Source: Longimicrobiales bacterium
GTDB taxonomy: Bacteria; Gemmatimonadota; Gemmatimonadetes; Longimicrobiales; Gaopeijiaceae
Assembly: GCA_965219445.1 (NCBI GenBank)
Contig: CBDCNQ010000002.1
Location: forward strand, 32,001 to 96,000
Direction of reading: 5' to 3'
Length of the DNA: 64,000 nucleotides
Part shown: in pieces, positions 37,763-48,882 of the stretch
How the letters are laid out: each line of letters begins with the position of its first letter
Position numbering within the stretch: the first letter of the stretch is position 1
Made by a program: the position numbers and the translations under genes
The notes under the pieces: model-generated
Database searches by the model: none
Seen by the model: the letters and a program-made list of their open reading frames with translations, nothing else
Told to the model about the DNA's origin: nothing

Positions 37763-40492
37763 ATGACGAAAGACCCTGACCCCCAGTCCCCGGACCCCAC
37801 CTCCGAAGCAGAAGCCCCCTCACAAGACACCAGCGGTGACTCGGCACCCGTAGCCGTGGCCGTGGCCGAGGCGGAGAAGGGACCGGATGGTATCTCCCCC
37901 GAGTTGCTTGCGGATCCATATGGCGAGGAGATTCTCGACATCTCCGCAGCGGACTTCGAGGCCCTGCTCTCCGATCACGCCGATGTGATGGGCGACTTCC
38001 GGGAAGGGGAGATCGTACACGCGAAGGTGCTCAGGGTGACTGAGAGCATGGTCATCCTGGAATTCGGCTTCAAGAGCGAGGGGGCGGTCCCGCTCGACGA
38101 GTTCAAGGACCGCGACTCGATCGAGCCGGGCCAGGAGGTGGAGGTTCTTCTCGAAAGCCTCGAGGACGATGACGGAATCGTCGTTCTTTCAAAGAAGAAA
38201 GCCGACTTCCTGCGTGTTTGGGAGAAGATCCGGGAGGCTCATGAGGCCGATGAGCCGGTCGAAGGGATGCTGGCTCGGAAGATCAAGGGTGGTGTCACGG
38301 TAGACATAATGGGTGTTGACGCGTTTCTGCCCGGCTCGCAGATCGCGCTGCGTAGGGTCCCGAACATCGATGACCTCCTCGGACAGACGTTCGAATTCAA
38401 GATCATCAAGCTCAACAAGCGTCGCCGGAACATCGTGGTTTCTCGCCGCGTCATCCTGGAAGGAGAGCGCGAGAAGAAGCGCGAGACCCTGGTCATGGAG
38501 CTTTTGGTCGGCCAGATCCGGGAAGGTATCGTCAAGAACATCACCGATTTCGGCGCGTTTATCGATTTGGGTGGACTCGACGGTCTGCTCCACATCACCG
38601 ACATGTCATGGGGGCGCGTAGGACATCCGTCCAAGGTCGTCGATATCGGCGCCAAGCTCGACGTAAAGGTCCTCGACATCGATTGGGACCGAGAGCGTAT
38701 TTCATTGGGTCTAAAGCAGCTTCTGCCCTACCCGTGGACCGACATCGACAAGAAGTACCCGGTCGGCTCTCGAGTGCGCGGAAAAGTCGTATCGATCACG
38801 AACTACGGAGCCTTCATCGAGCTCGAGAAGGGTGTCGAGGGCCTCGTTCATATCTCCGAGATGTCGTGGACACGTAACATTCGACATCCGTCCAAGCTCG
38901 TGAACATCGGCGACGAGATCGAGGCTGTGGTTTTGAAGGTTGATATGCAGGACGAAAAAATCTCTCTGGGAACGAAGCAGATCGAAGAGGATCCCTGGCT
39001 TGCACTGCCGGCCAAATACCCGACGGGTACGCAGTTGGACGGAGTCGTCCGGAACCTGACGTCCTTCGGTGCGTTTGTCGAAATCGAGTCCGGGATCGAC
39101 GGCCTCGTGCACGTATCCGATTTGAGCTGGACCCGGCGGGTCGAGCATCCTTCGGAAATCATCCAGAAGGGTGACGAGGTCCAGGTGTTGGTGCTGGACG
39201 TCAATGCAGAGGCGAAGCGGATCTCCCTCGGGATCAAACAGCTTACCGACGATCCGTGGCCCGAGATTTCCGAGCGGTTTTCCGCGGGTGTCGAGCCCGC
39301 CGGTTCGGTCGTTCGAGTGCAGGAAAAGGGTGTGGTCGTCGACCTCGGCGACGACATCGAGGGTTTCGTCCCGACGTCCCACTCCGGAGTCGAAGACGGG
39401 GATAAGCTTCCCGAGTATTTCCGGCCTGGAGAGGCACTAGAGCTCAAAGTGATCGAGTCCGACGCCGCGAACCGCAGAATCGTGCTCGAGGTCGGGACGC
39501 TTCCGGAGCGTATGGATGTGCCGGAGCCTCCGCCGGAAGAAGAGTCTGAGGAGGAGTCCAAAGCGTACGGTGACGAAGCCCCACCCGATGTGTCAGCGGA
39601 CGAGCCGTTAGGGGACGCCGGGGACGCCACGGTGGACGAGGACGCGGACGAGGATACGGGCGAGGATACGGCTGAGGATACGGCTGAGGATACGGCTGAG
39701 GCGGATGAAAGTGGGGTTGCGGAAGCGGCCGCCGGCGAAGATGAAGCCGATGCTGGCGACGACGAGGCCGAACCCGTTGAAGCAGCAGCCGATGCCGGTG
39801 GGGAAGACGCTGCCGCCGATGAAGGTGACGCCGACGCCGATGAGGCTGAGGCCAAGGAAGATGAAAGTGGGGTTGCGGAAGCGGCCGCCGGCGAAGATGA
39901 AGCCGATGCTGGCGACGACGAGGCCGAACCCGTTGAAGCAGCAGCCGATGCCGGTGGGGAAGACGCTGCCGCCGATGAAGGTGACGCCGACGCCGATGAG
40001 GCTGAGGCCAAGGAAGATGAAAGTGGGGTTGCGGAAGCGGCCGCCGGCGAAGATGAAGCCGATGCTGGCGACGACGAGGCCGAACCCGTTGAAGCAGCAG
40101 CCGATGCCGGTGGGGAAGACGCTGCCGCCGATGAAGGTGACGCCGACGCCGATGAGGCTGAGGCCAAGGAAGATGAAAGTGGGGTTGCGGAAGCGGCCGC
40201 CGGCGAAGATGAAGCCGATGCTGGCGACGACGAGGCCGAACCCGTTGAAGCAGCAGCCGATGCCGGTGGGGAAGACGCTGCCGCCGATGAAGGTGACGCC
40301 GACGCCGATGAGGCTGAGGCCAAGGAAGATGAAAGTGGGGTTGCGGAAGCGGCCGCCGGCGAAGATGAAGCCGATGCTGGCGACGACGAGGCCGAACCCG
40401 TTGAAGCAGCAGCCGATGCCGGTGGGGAAGACGCTGCCGCCGATGAAGGTGACGCCGACGCCGATGAGGCTGAGGCCAAGGAAGAGGCCTAG
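37763..40492 (+). CDS. rpsA: 30S ribosomal protein S1 with long acidic repetitive C-terminal extension
   Basis: Six S1 repeats (e.g. AFLPGSQI, DFGAFIDLGGLDGLLHITDMSW); follows cmk; Asp/Glu/Ala tail of roughly 320 aa. Confidence 0.95.
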   Translation: MTKDPDPQSPDPTSEAEAPSQDTSGDSAPVAVAVAEAEKGPDGISPELLADPYGEEILDISAADFEALLSDHADVMGDFREGEIVHAKVLRVTESMVILEFGFKSEGAVPLDEFKDRDSIEPGQEVEVLLESLEDDDGIVVLSKKKADFLRVWEKIREAHEADEPVEGMLARKIKGGVTVDIMGVDAFLPGSQIALRRVPNIDDLLGQTFEFKIIKLNKRRRNIVVSRRVILEGEREKKRETLVMELLVGQIREGIVKNITDFGAFIDLGGLDGLLHITDMSWGRVGHPSKVVDIGAKLDVKVLDIDWDRERISLGLKQLLPYPWTDIDKKYPVGSRVRGKVVSITNYGAFIELEKGVEGLVHISEMSWTRNIRHPSKLVNIGDEIEAVVLKVDMQDEKISLGTKQIEEDPWLALPAKYPTGTQLDGVVRNLTSFGAFVEIESGIDGLVHVSDLSWTRRVEHPSEIIQKGDEVQVLVLDVNAEAKRISLGIKQLTDDPWPEISERFSAGVEPAGSVVRVQEKGVVVDLGDDIEGFVPTSHSGVEDGDKLPEYFRPGEALELKVIESDAANRRIVLEVGTLPERMDVPEPPPEEESEEESKAYGDEAPPDVSADEPLGDAGDATVDEDADEDTGEDTAEDTAEDTAEADESGVAEAAAGEDEADAGDDEAEPVEAAADAGGEDAAADEGDADADEAEAKEDESGVAEAAAGEDEADAGDDEAEPVEAAADAGGEDAAADEGDADADEAEAKEDESGVAEAAAGEDEADAGDDEAEPVEAAADAGGEDAAADEGDADADEAEAKEDESGVAEAAAGEDEADAGDDEAEPVEAAADAGGEDAAADEGDADADEAEAKEDESGVAEAAAGEDEADAGDDEAEPVEAAADAGGEDAAADEGDADADEAEAKEEA
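39704..40483 (+). repeat. Tandem repeat, 5 x 156 bp (52 aa)
   Basis: Units begin GATGAAAGTGGGG at 39704, 39860, 40016, 40172, 40328; translations identical in every open frame. Confidence 0.95.
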
Positions 40493-40505
40493 GGCGAAGC
40501 TTTCA

Positions 40506-42416
40506 ATGCTTAACTTGTTCTCGAAAGCCCGGACGCCAGTTGCGCCCGGGCTTTCGATTGCCGCCGTGCTCGCCATCTTCGGATGCACTACAGTGGGCGC
40601 ACCGACGGCCGAGGCCGATCGAGCGGAGCCGGCGATCGAGGCGGGAGCACCTGCCGTGGCCAGGAATACGGAAGTCGATTCGCTTCTTGCTCTGGCGCAG
40701 GCCGCCCTCGATCAGGAGGCTTTTCAGCTTGCCGAAGCAGTCTCTCTCGAGATCGAGGCCGAGTACCCGGCTGCCCCGCAGAGTGTGTCTGCCCTGTGGA
40801 TTCGTGCTCGCGCTGCCAAGGCCAACGGCAATGTGGAGGGGTCGTTGGAGGCCGCGCGGAGGTTCCGGACGTCTCTCCCCGACGGAGACGAGCGAATCGC
40901 GGAAGTAACCCTCTTGGAGGGCGACGCGCTCCAGGCGTTGGGCAGAACCGCCGAAGCGGTGGCGGCCTGGTTGCCCGCTCCGGGCGAGCCCGTTTCCGAT
41001 GAGGCTCTTGTGCGTGTGGAGGATCACGTAGAAGTGCTCACGCAGAGCGAGCTTCGTAGGCTGGTCGCGTCGGAAGAAGGTTTGGTTGCCCCGGTCCTGG
41101 CTGAATTCGCTTTCCGGCAATACACCCTGGGCGCGGATGCCTCCGCCGAATTTTATGCGACCCGTGCGGTGGATGCCGGGGCCACCGGCAGGGCACAGCT
41201 CTTGGCCGAAGCCGTTCTGGCCGGTGACCTGAGCGAGTTTCTGGTCGCTCCGCGCATCGGGGCGATTCTCCCCACGAGCGGATCGCCACGGTTGAGGCAG
41301 TTCGCGACCGGAATCCAGGAGGGGATACAAGTCGCCTTTCAGATGTTCGGCCGGCCGGTGGGAAATCGGACGGCGGCCGAGCTGGTCGTCCAGGACAGCG
41401 GCGGCGATATCGTCGGCGCGAGCATCGCCTTTTCGGCGATAGAAGCGTCGGAGGTGCTCGCGGTCATCGGACCCCTTCAGGACGGTGCTTTATCGGAGAT
41501 CGCCGCTCGAGTGCAGGGGACACTTGCTGTGATCTCGCCGACATCTCCCGTCGTCCCCGATGGTTCCACCGGGGTGTATTCACTCAGCAGTGCGGACCCT
41601 GGCGGTGCACGCGCGTTGGCGCGCTATGCGATTTCCAGCGATCTGTACACGGCCGTTGTGGTGTATCCCGAAGGTGCCGACGGCATGTACGAAGCGCGGG
41701 CGTTTTCCGAGGCTTTCCACTCCTATGGGGGCCTGATGCTGGGTGAGATCAGCTACCCCACAGGGGCGACATTTTTCGAAGATCAGCTTCGGCAGGCCGA
41801 AGCTCTACTTCCGGATGTGCTTGTTCTGCCGCTTCCCGCGAGGGACGTGGAGTTGATGGCGCCCCAGGTGACCTTCTTTGGGCTGGATTCTTTGGAAATC
41901 CGCGTACTGGGCACCACTGGGTGGAGCGACGAGGCGATGCTGTCCAGAGTGGACACCCGGCACACCAACGGGGTGGTGACGGCGTCTCCCCAGCCCGCCG
42001 AGGGGGAGTGGGAGGGATACCAGCGTTTCGTCGAGGCCTATGAAGCGTTTTATCAACGCACCCTTCCCGACCTGGTTCCAGCTTTGGGTTTTGACGCGGC
42101 CGGGCTGCTTCTCGAGGGTATCCGGAGGGGGGCCTCTACACCGGATGATTTGCTCGATACACTCGAGGCCATGCCGGGCTTCTTAGGCGCGACGGGCCGG
42201 TTGTTCGTCGATGAGGGAAGGGTAGTACGGGACCACTTCGTCGGTTGCCTCCAGGATCGGCAGGTTCTCAACGTGGCCGACGGGGCGCGAGCGGATCCCA
42301 TCCTGACGCCGCCCCTACGGGACCCGGAAACAGATTCGATTCCCGAGGGAGCACTCGACCGCATCGTGGGGTTCCGTTGTCCGATGCTGGTCCCCTCCGT
42401 GCCTGTCAGCCGGTAG
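40506..42416 (+). CDS. LpoA/LppC-like lipoprotein (TPR-like helices plus type 1 periplasmic-binding fold)
   Basis: ATG 40506; lipobox IFGC; IGAILPTSG, VIGPL, ALGFDAA, FLGATG. Confidence 0.78.
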   Translation: MLNLFSKARTPVAPGLSIAAVLAIFGCTTVGAPTAEADRAEPAIEAGAPAVARNTEVDSLLALAQAALDQEAFQLAEAVSLEIEAEYPAAPQSVSALWIRARAAKANGNVEGSLEAARRFRTSLPDGDERIAEVTLLEGDALQALGRTAEAVAAWLPAPGEPVSDEALVRVEDHVEVLTQSELRRLVASEEGLVAPVLAEFAFRQYTLGADASAEFYATRAVDAGATGRAQLLAEAVLAGDLSEFLVAPRIGAILPTSGSPRLRQFATGIQEGIQVAFQMFGRPVGNRTAAELVVQDSGGDIVGASIAFSAIEASEVLAVIGPLQDGALSEIAARVQGTLAVISPTSPVVPDGSTGVYSLSSADPGGARALARYAISSDLYTAVVVYPEGADGMYEARAFSEAFHSYGGLMLGEISYPTGATFFEDQLRQAEALLPDVLVLPLPARDVELMAPQVTFFGLDSLEIRVLGTTGWSDEAMLSRVDTRHTNGVVTASPQPAEGEWEGYQRFVEAYEAFYQRTLPDLVPALGFDAAGLLLEGIRRGASTPDDLLDTLEAMPGFLGATGRLFVDEGRVVRDHFVGCLQDRQVLNVADGARADPILTPPLRDPETDSIPEGALDRIVGFRCPMLVPSVPVSR

Positions 42417-42466
42417 TGTGGTGTCCCAGAAGTAGACGTTGATCCTCTGACGCCGGGGGTCGGCGC

Positions 42467-44017
42467 ATGTCGATGAGCAAGAAGCTCGAACATCTCGAAG
42501 CCCTCGGACGGGAGGCGGAGCTCGGGGGTGGGGAAGCGAGACTCGATGCCCAGCAGGCGAAGGGCAAGCTTCTGGCCCGCCAGCGTGTGGCGCTCCTCCT
42601 GGACGAGAATTCTTTCGTGGAGATGGATCGGTTCGTTACGCACCGGTCCACAGACGAGACGCTCGCTGATCAGAAGATCCTGGGCGACGGGGTCGTCGCC
42701 GGATACGGGACGATCTTTGGTCGGCTCGTCTACGTTTTTTCCCAGGACTTCACTGTTTTCGGGGGTTCACTCTCCGAAGCGCACGCTGAGAAAATCGTCA
42801 AGCTTCAGGATATGGCCCTGAAGAACGGGGCGCCGCTCATTGGACTGAACGACTCCGGCGGTGCACGAATTCAGGAAGGGGTGGTCTCCCTGGCCGGCTA
42901 TGCCGACATCTTTCTCCGAAACACGCTGGCGTCGGGTGTGATTCCCCAGATCAGCGTGATCCTCGGTCCGTGTGCCGGCGGAGCGGTATACTCACCCGCC
43001 ATCACAGACTTCGTGTACATGGTCCGTGGCACGAGCTACATGTTCGTCACCGGGCCTGGCGTCGTGAAGACGGTCACGCACGAGGACATCGACATGGAGG
43101 GCTTAGGGGGGGCGGACGTGCACGCGTCCACTTCGGGGGTGGCTCACTTCGCCCACGACTCGGAGCCGGAGTGTTTGGCTGCGGTTCGAGACCTGATGGC
43201 GTTTCTGCCGCAGAACAACACCGAGGTCCCTCAGTCGCGAGCCACGGACGATCCGCATGGACGGCGAGATGAGAAATTACTTGAGATGGTACCGGATAAC
43301 TCGAGTAAACCCTATGATATGCATGAAATCATAGAGGCCGTGGCGGATGATCGGGAGTTCTACGAAGTTCATGAGGCGTTCGCTCGAAATCTTATCGTTG
43401 GTTTCGCGCACGTTGGGGGGCATGCCGTCGGGATCGTCGCCAATCAGCCTGCGGTTCTCGCGGGAGTGCTGGATATCGATTCGTCTGTAAAGGGGGCGCG
43501 CTTTGTCCGGTTTTGCGACGCCTTCAACATCCCGCTGATCGTCTTCGAGGACGTCCCCGGGTTCTTGCCGGGGGTCGGCCAAGAGCATGGAGGGATCATC
43601 CGGCACGGTGCGAAACTGCTCTACGCCTTCGCCGAGGCGACGGTTCCAAAGATCACGGTCATCATCCGGAAGGCCTACGGAGGGGCTTACGACGTGATGA
43701 ACTCCAAGCACATCAGGGGAGACGTCAACCTGGCGTGGCCGACAGCGGAGATCGCGGTCATGGGTCCCAAGGGTGCCGTCGAAGTACTGTTCCGTAGGGA
43801 ACTCGATGCAGCCGAAGACCCGGAGGCCACGGCCGAGGACCGAATCGAAGAATACCGAACCGAGTTCTCACATCCCTACATCGCCGCCGCGCGTGGCTAC
43901 ATCGATGATGTCATCGATCCCCGTACCACACGACCGCGCCTCATCAACGCGCTCGACATGCTTCGCAACAAACGCGACGAGAACCCCCGAAAGAAGCACG
44001 GAAACATCCCACTCTAG
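42467..44017 (+). CDS. pccB: Acyl-CoA (propionyl-CoA) carboxylase carboxyltransferase subunit
   Basis: [54 protein letters not shown]. Confidence 0.92.
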   Translation: MSMSKKLEHLEALGREAELGGGEARLDAQQAKGKLLARQRVALLLDENSFVEMDRFVTHRSTDETLADQKILGDGVVAGYGTIFGRLVYVFSQDFTVFGGSLSEAHAEKIVKLQDMALKNGAPLIGLNDSGGARIQEGVVSLAGYADIFLRNTLASGVIPQISVILGPCAGGAVYSPAITDFVYMVRGTSYMFVTGPGVVKTVTHEDIDMEGLGGADVHASTSGVAHFAHDSEPECLAAVRDLMAFLPQNNTEVPQSRATDDPHGRRDEKLLEMVPDNSSKPYDMHEIIEAVADDREFYEVHEAFARNLIVGFAHVGGHAVGIVANQPAVLAGVLDIDSSVKGARFVRFCDAFNIPLIVFEDVPGFLPGVGQEHGGIIRHGAKLLYAFAEATVPKITVIIRKAYGGAYDVMNSKHIRGDVNLAWPTAEIAVMGPKGAVEVLFRRELDAAEDPEATAEDRIEEYRTEFSHPYIAAARGYIDDVIDPRTTRPRLINALDMLRNKRDENPRKKHGNIPL

Positions 44018-44104
44018 AGCGGCACCGCAGTAATTTCCCGGACTCCCCGACTGGGTCATAGGCAACGCTCCGGTGGGTTTGCGCCATCTCAGGTATGGCT
44101 TCCT

Positions 44105-44512
44105 TCCGGCCCAACGTCTTCTGGCCTTAGCCCGTGACTTGGAGCCGGGCCAGACCGTCGAGATCCGATACTTGAGGGATGGCGCCAATAACACGGTGAG
44201 TGTCGAGGTCGATGAGTTCGAATATCCGGAGGTCCGAACGTTCGGCCAAGGTCTGGGTCGCATCTGGGGTGTTGGCCCGGACGGAAACAGGTGGAACTTC
44301 GGGTTGGATGAGGATTTCGAGCTCGAGATGGCCGAGCGAATGAGGCACCTGGAGGATGTCGAGCATCGTCTGGTCGTCTGGAGGAGGTTCGCGGAGCGAT
44401 GCCTGGCGCGTACACGTTCATCCGGTCTTATGATGAGGACGAGCCGATCCGATTCAGAATCATCCGGAGGGGCAGCGAAATGATAATTACTTCTCATCGG
44501 CGCCTTCGGTAA
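44105..44512 (+). pseudogene. Remnant of a two-PDZ-domain protein
   Basis: PAQRLLALARDLEPGQTVEIRYLRDG..VSVEV, then in another frame FIRSYDEDEPIRFRIIRRGSEMII; both resemble PDZ C-terminal halves; boundaries approximate. Confidence 0.55.
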
Positions 44513-44609
44513 TACCTATTTTAGGTATTGGACGTCTGCCATACGTTCGGGCAGGCGTCTGTGTGGGACTCGCGCCCTGTGCTGACGTCCACCCGCGGTG
44601 ATCGACCTC

Positions 44610-45338
44610 ATGACGAAAGACGACCCTCAGGCTCGACCACCGATCTCGGCGGGCTGTCTCCCGCCTCTGACGCTGCTTGTGCTCGGGTGGGTGGTGTGGC
44701 AGTGGATCACCTGGCCCGACGTGAAGGATCTCGTCGACAACAACCCCGAGACCACTGCTTTCATCGAGCTATACCGAGATGGCGGGAGTCGATCCGAAGA
44801 CCGCACCGTGGACTGGAGATGGGTGCCCTACAGCGAGATATCTCCGCACCTCAAACGCGCGGTGATTGTGGCTGAGGATGTCCGTTTCTTCACGCATCAC
44901 GGTTTCGAGACCGAGGAGATCAAGGCGGCGATTACCGAGGCAGTCGAGCGCGCCGAGGCGCCGCGTGGCGCATCCACTCTCACGCAGCAGCTAGCCAAGA
45001 ATCTTTGGCTTTCACCTACACGCAATCCGTTGCGCAAGCTCAGCGAAGCCGCACTCACAATCCATCTGGAGGAATCCGTTCCAAAACGGCGGATGCTAGA
45101 GATCTACCTCAACGTGGTGGAGTTCGGGATCGGAATCTACGGAGCGGAGGCGGCCGCACAGCATTATTTCAACAAACCGGCTTCAGATCTGAGCGTGCGA
45201 GAGGCGGCCCTATTAGCGGCATCGTTACCGAGGCCAAAGAGCTGGCACCCGGGAGTCGACGACGACGTGTACCTGAGGAGGGCGAACCGCATCCAGACAT
45301 GGATGACCCGAGCGAGCTTCCTCAACCGCTATCTCTGA
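44610..45338 (+). CDS. mtgA: Monofunctional peptidoglycan transglycosylase
   Basis: AEDVRFFTHHGF, RGASTLTQQLAKNL, RKLSEA, LEIYLN. Confidence 0.93.
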   Translation: MTKDDPQARPPISAGCLPPLTLLVLGWVVWQWITWPDVKDLVDNNPETTAFIELYRDGGSRSEDRTVDWRWVPYSEISPHLKRAVIVAEDVRFFTHHGFETEEIKAAITEAVERAEAPRGASTLTQQLAKNLWLSPTRNPLRKLSEAALTIHLEESVPKRRMLEIYLNVVEFGIGIYGAEAAAQHYFNKPASDLSVREAALLAASLPRPKSWHPGVDDDVYLRRANRIQTWMTRASFLNRYL

Positions 45339-45469
45339 CGGGATATCCCCAGGTCTCCCGCTGTTAGGGGTTTACACCCCCACACGCGTCTACCAGAATT
45401 CAGTCTCCACCTCGCGAGAGAGGGCCCTTCGGCCCTGAGACCCTTCCCAAGGACTCTGAGCGGCCGTCC

Positions 45470-46963
45470 ATGTTCGACACCGTGCTTGTGGCCAATCGTG
45501 GCGAGATCGCCGTCCGAATCATTCGGGCGTGCCGTGAGTTGGGTCTGGCTTCCGTGGCGGTCTATTCGGACCCGGATCGCCTGTCGCCGCATGTTCTCGA
45601 GGCAGACAAGGCGGTTCGGATCGGACCCGCGCCGTCATCTGAGAGCTACCTTCGGGGCGAGCATCTCATCGAGGTGGCCCAGAGCGTGGGTGCGGGTGCG
45701 ATTCACCCGGGGTATGGATTCCTGGCCGAACGCGCCTCGTTCGCGGCGGCCGTAGAGAAGGCCCGTTTGGTCTTCATCGGACCCCGCCCGGAGTCCATTC
45801 AGGCGATGGGGGACAAGACCGAAGCGAGGCGTCGTATGACGGAAGCGGGCGTGCCGATCATCCCCGGCAGTCTGGAGCCGGCATCCAGTTCCACCGAAGC
45901 CGCCGACGCCGCGCATGAGTTGGGATTTCCCATACTACTCAAAGCAGTTGCGGGGGGTGGCGGGAAGGGAATGCGGGTCGTGGCCGACGGGGATGACCTG
46001 CCCGGGGCCCTCGAGGCGGCGTCCCGGGAGGCTGAATCCGCCTTCGGCGACGGGTCGATCTATGTGGAGAAGTACTTGGAGCGGCCTCGCCACATCGAGA
46101 TTCAGATCCTCGGGGATCAGTCGGGCGACGTGGTCCACTTGGGCGAGCGCGAATGTTCGATACAACGGCGTCATCAGAAACTCATCGAAGAGTCACCCGC
46201 GCCGTTGCTGGGGGCCGGGGATCGGGGTGCGATGGGCCTGGCGGCCGTCCAGGCTGCAGAGGCCGTAGACTATCGAGGCGCGGGCACTGTCGAATTCCTC
46301 TACCAGGACGGGGAATTCTATTTCCTGGAGATGAACACGAGGTTACAGGTCGAGCACCCGGTCACGGAGTTCGTGACCGGTCTGGACCTCGTGCAGTGGC
46401 AGATTCGCGTTGCGCGTGGCGAGTCCTTGGACTTTTGCCAGGAAGACGTCTCGTTTTCGGGGCATGCCATCGAGTGCCGCATTACGAGTGAGGACTCCGA
46501 CCGGGGTTTTCTCCCAGCTACGGGGCGCATCGACCACCTGGAGGTTCCCTCGGGACCCGGCGTCCGGTGGGACGGTGGGATCCGGGTTGGTTCCGACATT
46601 GGACTTCACTACGACCCCCTCTTGGGAAAGCTCGTCGTCCATGCCGGCTCCAGGCCCGCCGCCATCGCTCGCATGAAACGAGCACTGGGTGAGCTCGTGG
46701 TCCACGGGGTCGAGACGAGTGTCCCGTTCCACCTCCGCGTCATGGAAGAGGATGATTTTAGGGAGGGGGATCTCACGATCGCCTACATCGAGGAGCATCC
46801 GGCCTTGTTGCGGCCTTCCGATGGTGAGGTCCGTCTGGTGGCCTTGGCGGCGGCACTCCTGGAGCATGGCGGGTGGGGACGCCCAGGCACGGCTCGGATC
46901 AACGGACCCGGTGGACGGGGGCTCTCCACGTGGCGGGCTTCGGGATGGCCATGGCAGACCTGA
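45470..46963 (+). CDS. accC: Biotin carboxylase subunit
   Basis: ANRGEIA, HPGYGFLAE, GGGGKGMR, RECSIQRRHQK, EMNTRLQVEHPVTE. Confidence 0.93.
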   Translation: MFDTVLVANRGEIAVRIIRACRELGLASVAVYSDPDRLSPHVLEADKAVRIGPAPSSESYLRGEHLIEVAQSVGAGAIHPGYGFLAERASFAAAVEKARLVFIGPRPESIQAMGDKTEARRRMTEAGVPIIPGSLEPASSSTEAADAAHELGFPILLKAVAGGGGKGMRVVADGDDLPGALEAASREAESAFGDGSIYVEKYLERPRHIEIQILGDQSGDVVHLGERECSIQRRHQKLIEESPAPLLGAGDRGAMGLAAVQAAEAVDYRGAGTVEFLYQDGEFYFLEMNTRLQVEHPVTEFVTGLDLVQWQIRVARGESLDFCQEDVSFSGHAIECRITSEDSDRGFLPATGRIDHLEVPSGPGVRWDGGIRVGSDIGLHYDPLLGKLVVHAGSRPAAIARMKRALGELVVHGVETSVPFHLRVMEEDDFREGDLTIAYIEEHPALLRPSDGEVRLVALAAALLEHGGWGRPGTARINGPGGRGLSTWRASGWPWQT

Positions 46964-48339
46964 TCGACCGGGGCGAAGCGTTTGCCGACGCTGCCGATAC
47001 CCCTGCCGAGGCTGCCGCAATCCCCACCGAGGCCGGCGAAATCCTCCGGATCCGCGGGTTGTCGTCGGACGGAGCCGGCGTGGGGAATCTCGGCGATGGA
47101 CGGGTGGTGTTCGTGCCGCGGACCGCTCCGGGCGATGAGGTCAGAGTACGGGTCACACATGGCAAGCCGCGGTGGGCCAGGGGGCAGCTCCACGAATTGT
47201 GTGTTCCGTCCCCGGATCGGGTTTCGCCGGCCTGTCCGTACTACGAAGAGTGCGGCGGCTGCACGCTGCAGCATGTCGCATACGCCCAGCAGCTCCATTG
47301 GAAGGGCGACACGGTAAGAGCGGCTCTCGGGCGCATTTCGCACGTGGACGTCGAGCCACCAGTGGTGGTTCCGAGCCCGAAGGAAAGAGGCTATCGGTCC
47401 CGTGTGACGTTTACGCTGGTGCGCCTAAAGGGTGGTCGGGTGGTGGCGGGATTTCACCATCTCTTTGCGCCCCACCGGATCGTCGACGTGTCGGACGGTT
47501 GTATTCTGCCGGAGCCGGCCGTGGCATCGGTATGGACCGGCTTACGCCAGGCTTGGGGAGAGGGTGCGCGGAGGCTCCCGTCCGGCCGAAAATTGCGCCT
47601 CACGCTGCGAGCCATGGACGAAGGAGTGATTCTCGTCGTCGAGGGTGGTCGAGGTCCGGGGCGGCCGGACATTCTTCTCCGAGAAGTCGAGGGACTCGTG
47701 GCCGTCTGGGCCGTCAGGCCGAAGGGCGGTGGAAAACTTCTGGCCGGGCTGACCCAGGTTCATGACACCCGGTTCGGAGAGACCGTCCAAACCGGCCCGA
47801 CCACTTTCCTCCAGGTAAACAGGGAGGCGAGCGAGGCGCTTCACCGATGGGTAGTAGATCAGGGAAGCGTGAGGTCGGGCGAAAGGGTGGTGGACGCGTA
47901 CTGCGGTGTGGGCTTGTACGGTCGGGATCTGGCGAGACGTGGGGCGGATGTCCTCGGCATCGAGCGTGACACGGAGGCGGCCAAAGCCGCAGCGCGCGAT
48001 GCTCCTGAGTGCTTCACGGTGTGGACGGGCGCAGTCGAGGATCGAATGGCGGAGGCCCTGCCAGCGGGCCTCGTGGTCCTCAATCCACCCCGGAGCGGTG
48101 TCGAGGCGAGAGTAACGGAAGTGCTTCGGGCCGCGGGTCCGCCACGGCTGATCTATGTCAGCTGTGACCCCGCGACCTTGGCGAGGGATATCGGGCGTCT
48201 CTCGTCTTCGTATGAGGTAGTGGACGTACGAGCCTTCGACCTTTTTCCACAGACGGCCCACGTGGAAGTCGTGGTCGTGTTGAAGAGGAACGCCGTCGGG
48301 CTCCGGAGTGGATCCGCTCCGCGGCCCGAGAGTGAGTAA
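46951..48339 (+). CDS. RlmD/TrmA-family RNA m5U methyltransferase with TRAM domain
   Basis: CPYYEECGGC, TFLQVN, DAYCGVG, NPPRSG, YVSCDPATLARD, DLFPQTAHVE. Confidence 0.9.
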   Translation: MADLIDRGEAFADAADTPAEAAAIPTEAGEILRIRGLSSDGAGVGNLGDGRVVFVPRTAPGDEVRVRVTHGKPRWARGQLHELCVPSPDRVSPACPYYEECGGCTLQHVAYAQQLHWKGDTVRAALGRISHVDVEPPVVVPSPKERGYRSRVTFTLVRLKGGRVVAGFHHLFAPHRIVDVSDGCILPEPAVASVWTGLRQAWGEGARRLPSGRKLRLTLRAMDEGVILVVEGGRGPGRPDILLREVEGLVAVWAVRPKGGGKLLAGLTQVHDTRFGETVQTGPTTFLQVNREASEALHRWVVDQGSVRSGERVVDAYCGVGLYGRDLARRGADVLGIERDTEAAKAAARDAPECFTVWTGAVEDRMAEALPAGLVVLNPPRSGVEARVTEVLRAAGPPRLIYVSCDPATLARDIGRLSSSYEVVDVRAFDLFPQTAHVEVVVVLKRNAVGLRSGSAPRPESE

Positions 48340-48874
48340 GCCCGTGCGCTATCATGTCACGGTCGACGACCTCACATTCGACGTGGAAATCGACGCCGAG
48401 GGGGTGTCGGTCGACGGGGACCGGATGGAGGCCCGTGCCCCCGAGCCAGCGAGCCGAGACCTCTATTCCTTCCTCGTGGATGGGGCATCGCATAGGGTCC
48501 TGGCGGAGCGAGCTGGCCCCGGCGAGTGGGATCTCCAACTTCGAGGGCGCCGCTTTCGTGTCGACGTCGCGGACGAGCGTACGAAGGCGATGCGAGAGAT
48601 GGGCCTCGCGGGATCGAGGGGCAACGGCCCCGAGCCCGTTCGGGCTCCAATGCCCGGGCTCGTCGTAACGGTGGAGGTGGAAGAGGGTGAGTTGGTGGAC
48701 GCGGGAAGCGCGCTCCTCGTAGTCGAGGCCATGAAGATGGAAAATTCACTCACCGCCCCGGTCCGAGGGCGTGTTGGCGTGATCCACGTCGTCGCGGGAC
48801 AGACGGTGGAGAAGGACGAGGTCCTGATGGATATGTTGCCCATCGACCAGGTATCGGAGAGCGAGGGGGATTGA
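48332..48874 (+). CDS. Biotin carboxyl carrier protein
   Basis: APMPG and EAMKMEN biotinylation motif; start approximate. Confidence 0.9.
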   Translation: MSKPVRYHVTVDDLTFDVEIDAEGVSVDGDRMEARAPEPASRDLYSFLVDGASHRVLAERAGPGEWDLQLRGRRFRVDVADERTKAMREMGLAGSRGNGPEPVRAPMPGLVVTVEVEEGELVDAGSALLVVEAMKMENSLTAPVRGRVGVIHVVAGQTVEKDEVLMDMLPIDQVSESEGD

Positions 48875-48882
48875 AAGACCCG

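Noticed and set aside
39704..40483. Possible CRISPR array
   Set aside because: Contiguous in-frame coding repeats with no unique spacers and no cas genes.
39705..40505. Basic Pro/Lys/Met-rich repeat N-terminus on the 903-aa ORF
   Set aside because: Alternative frame of the rpsA repeat; the real lipoprotein starts at about 40506 with its own signal peptide.
38848..40588. Ser/Ala-rich and hydrophobic repeat ORFs on the minus strand
   Set aside because: Antisense translations of the 156-bp repeat.
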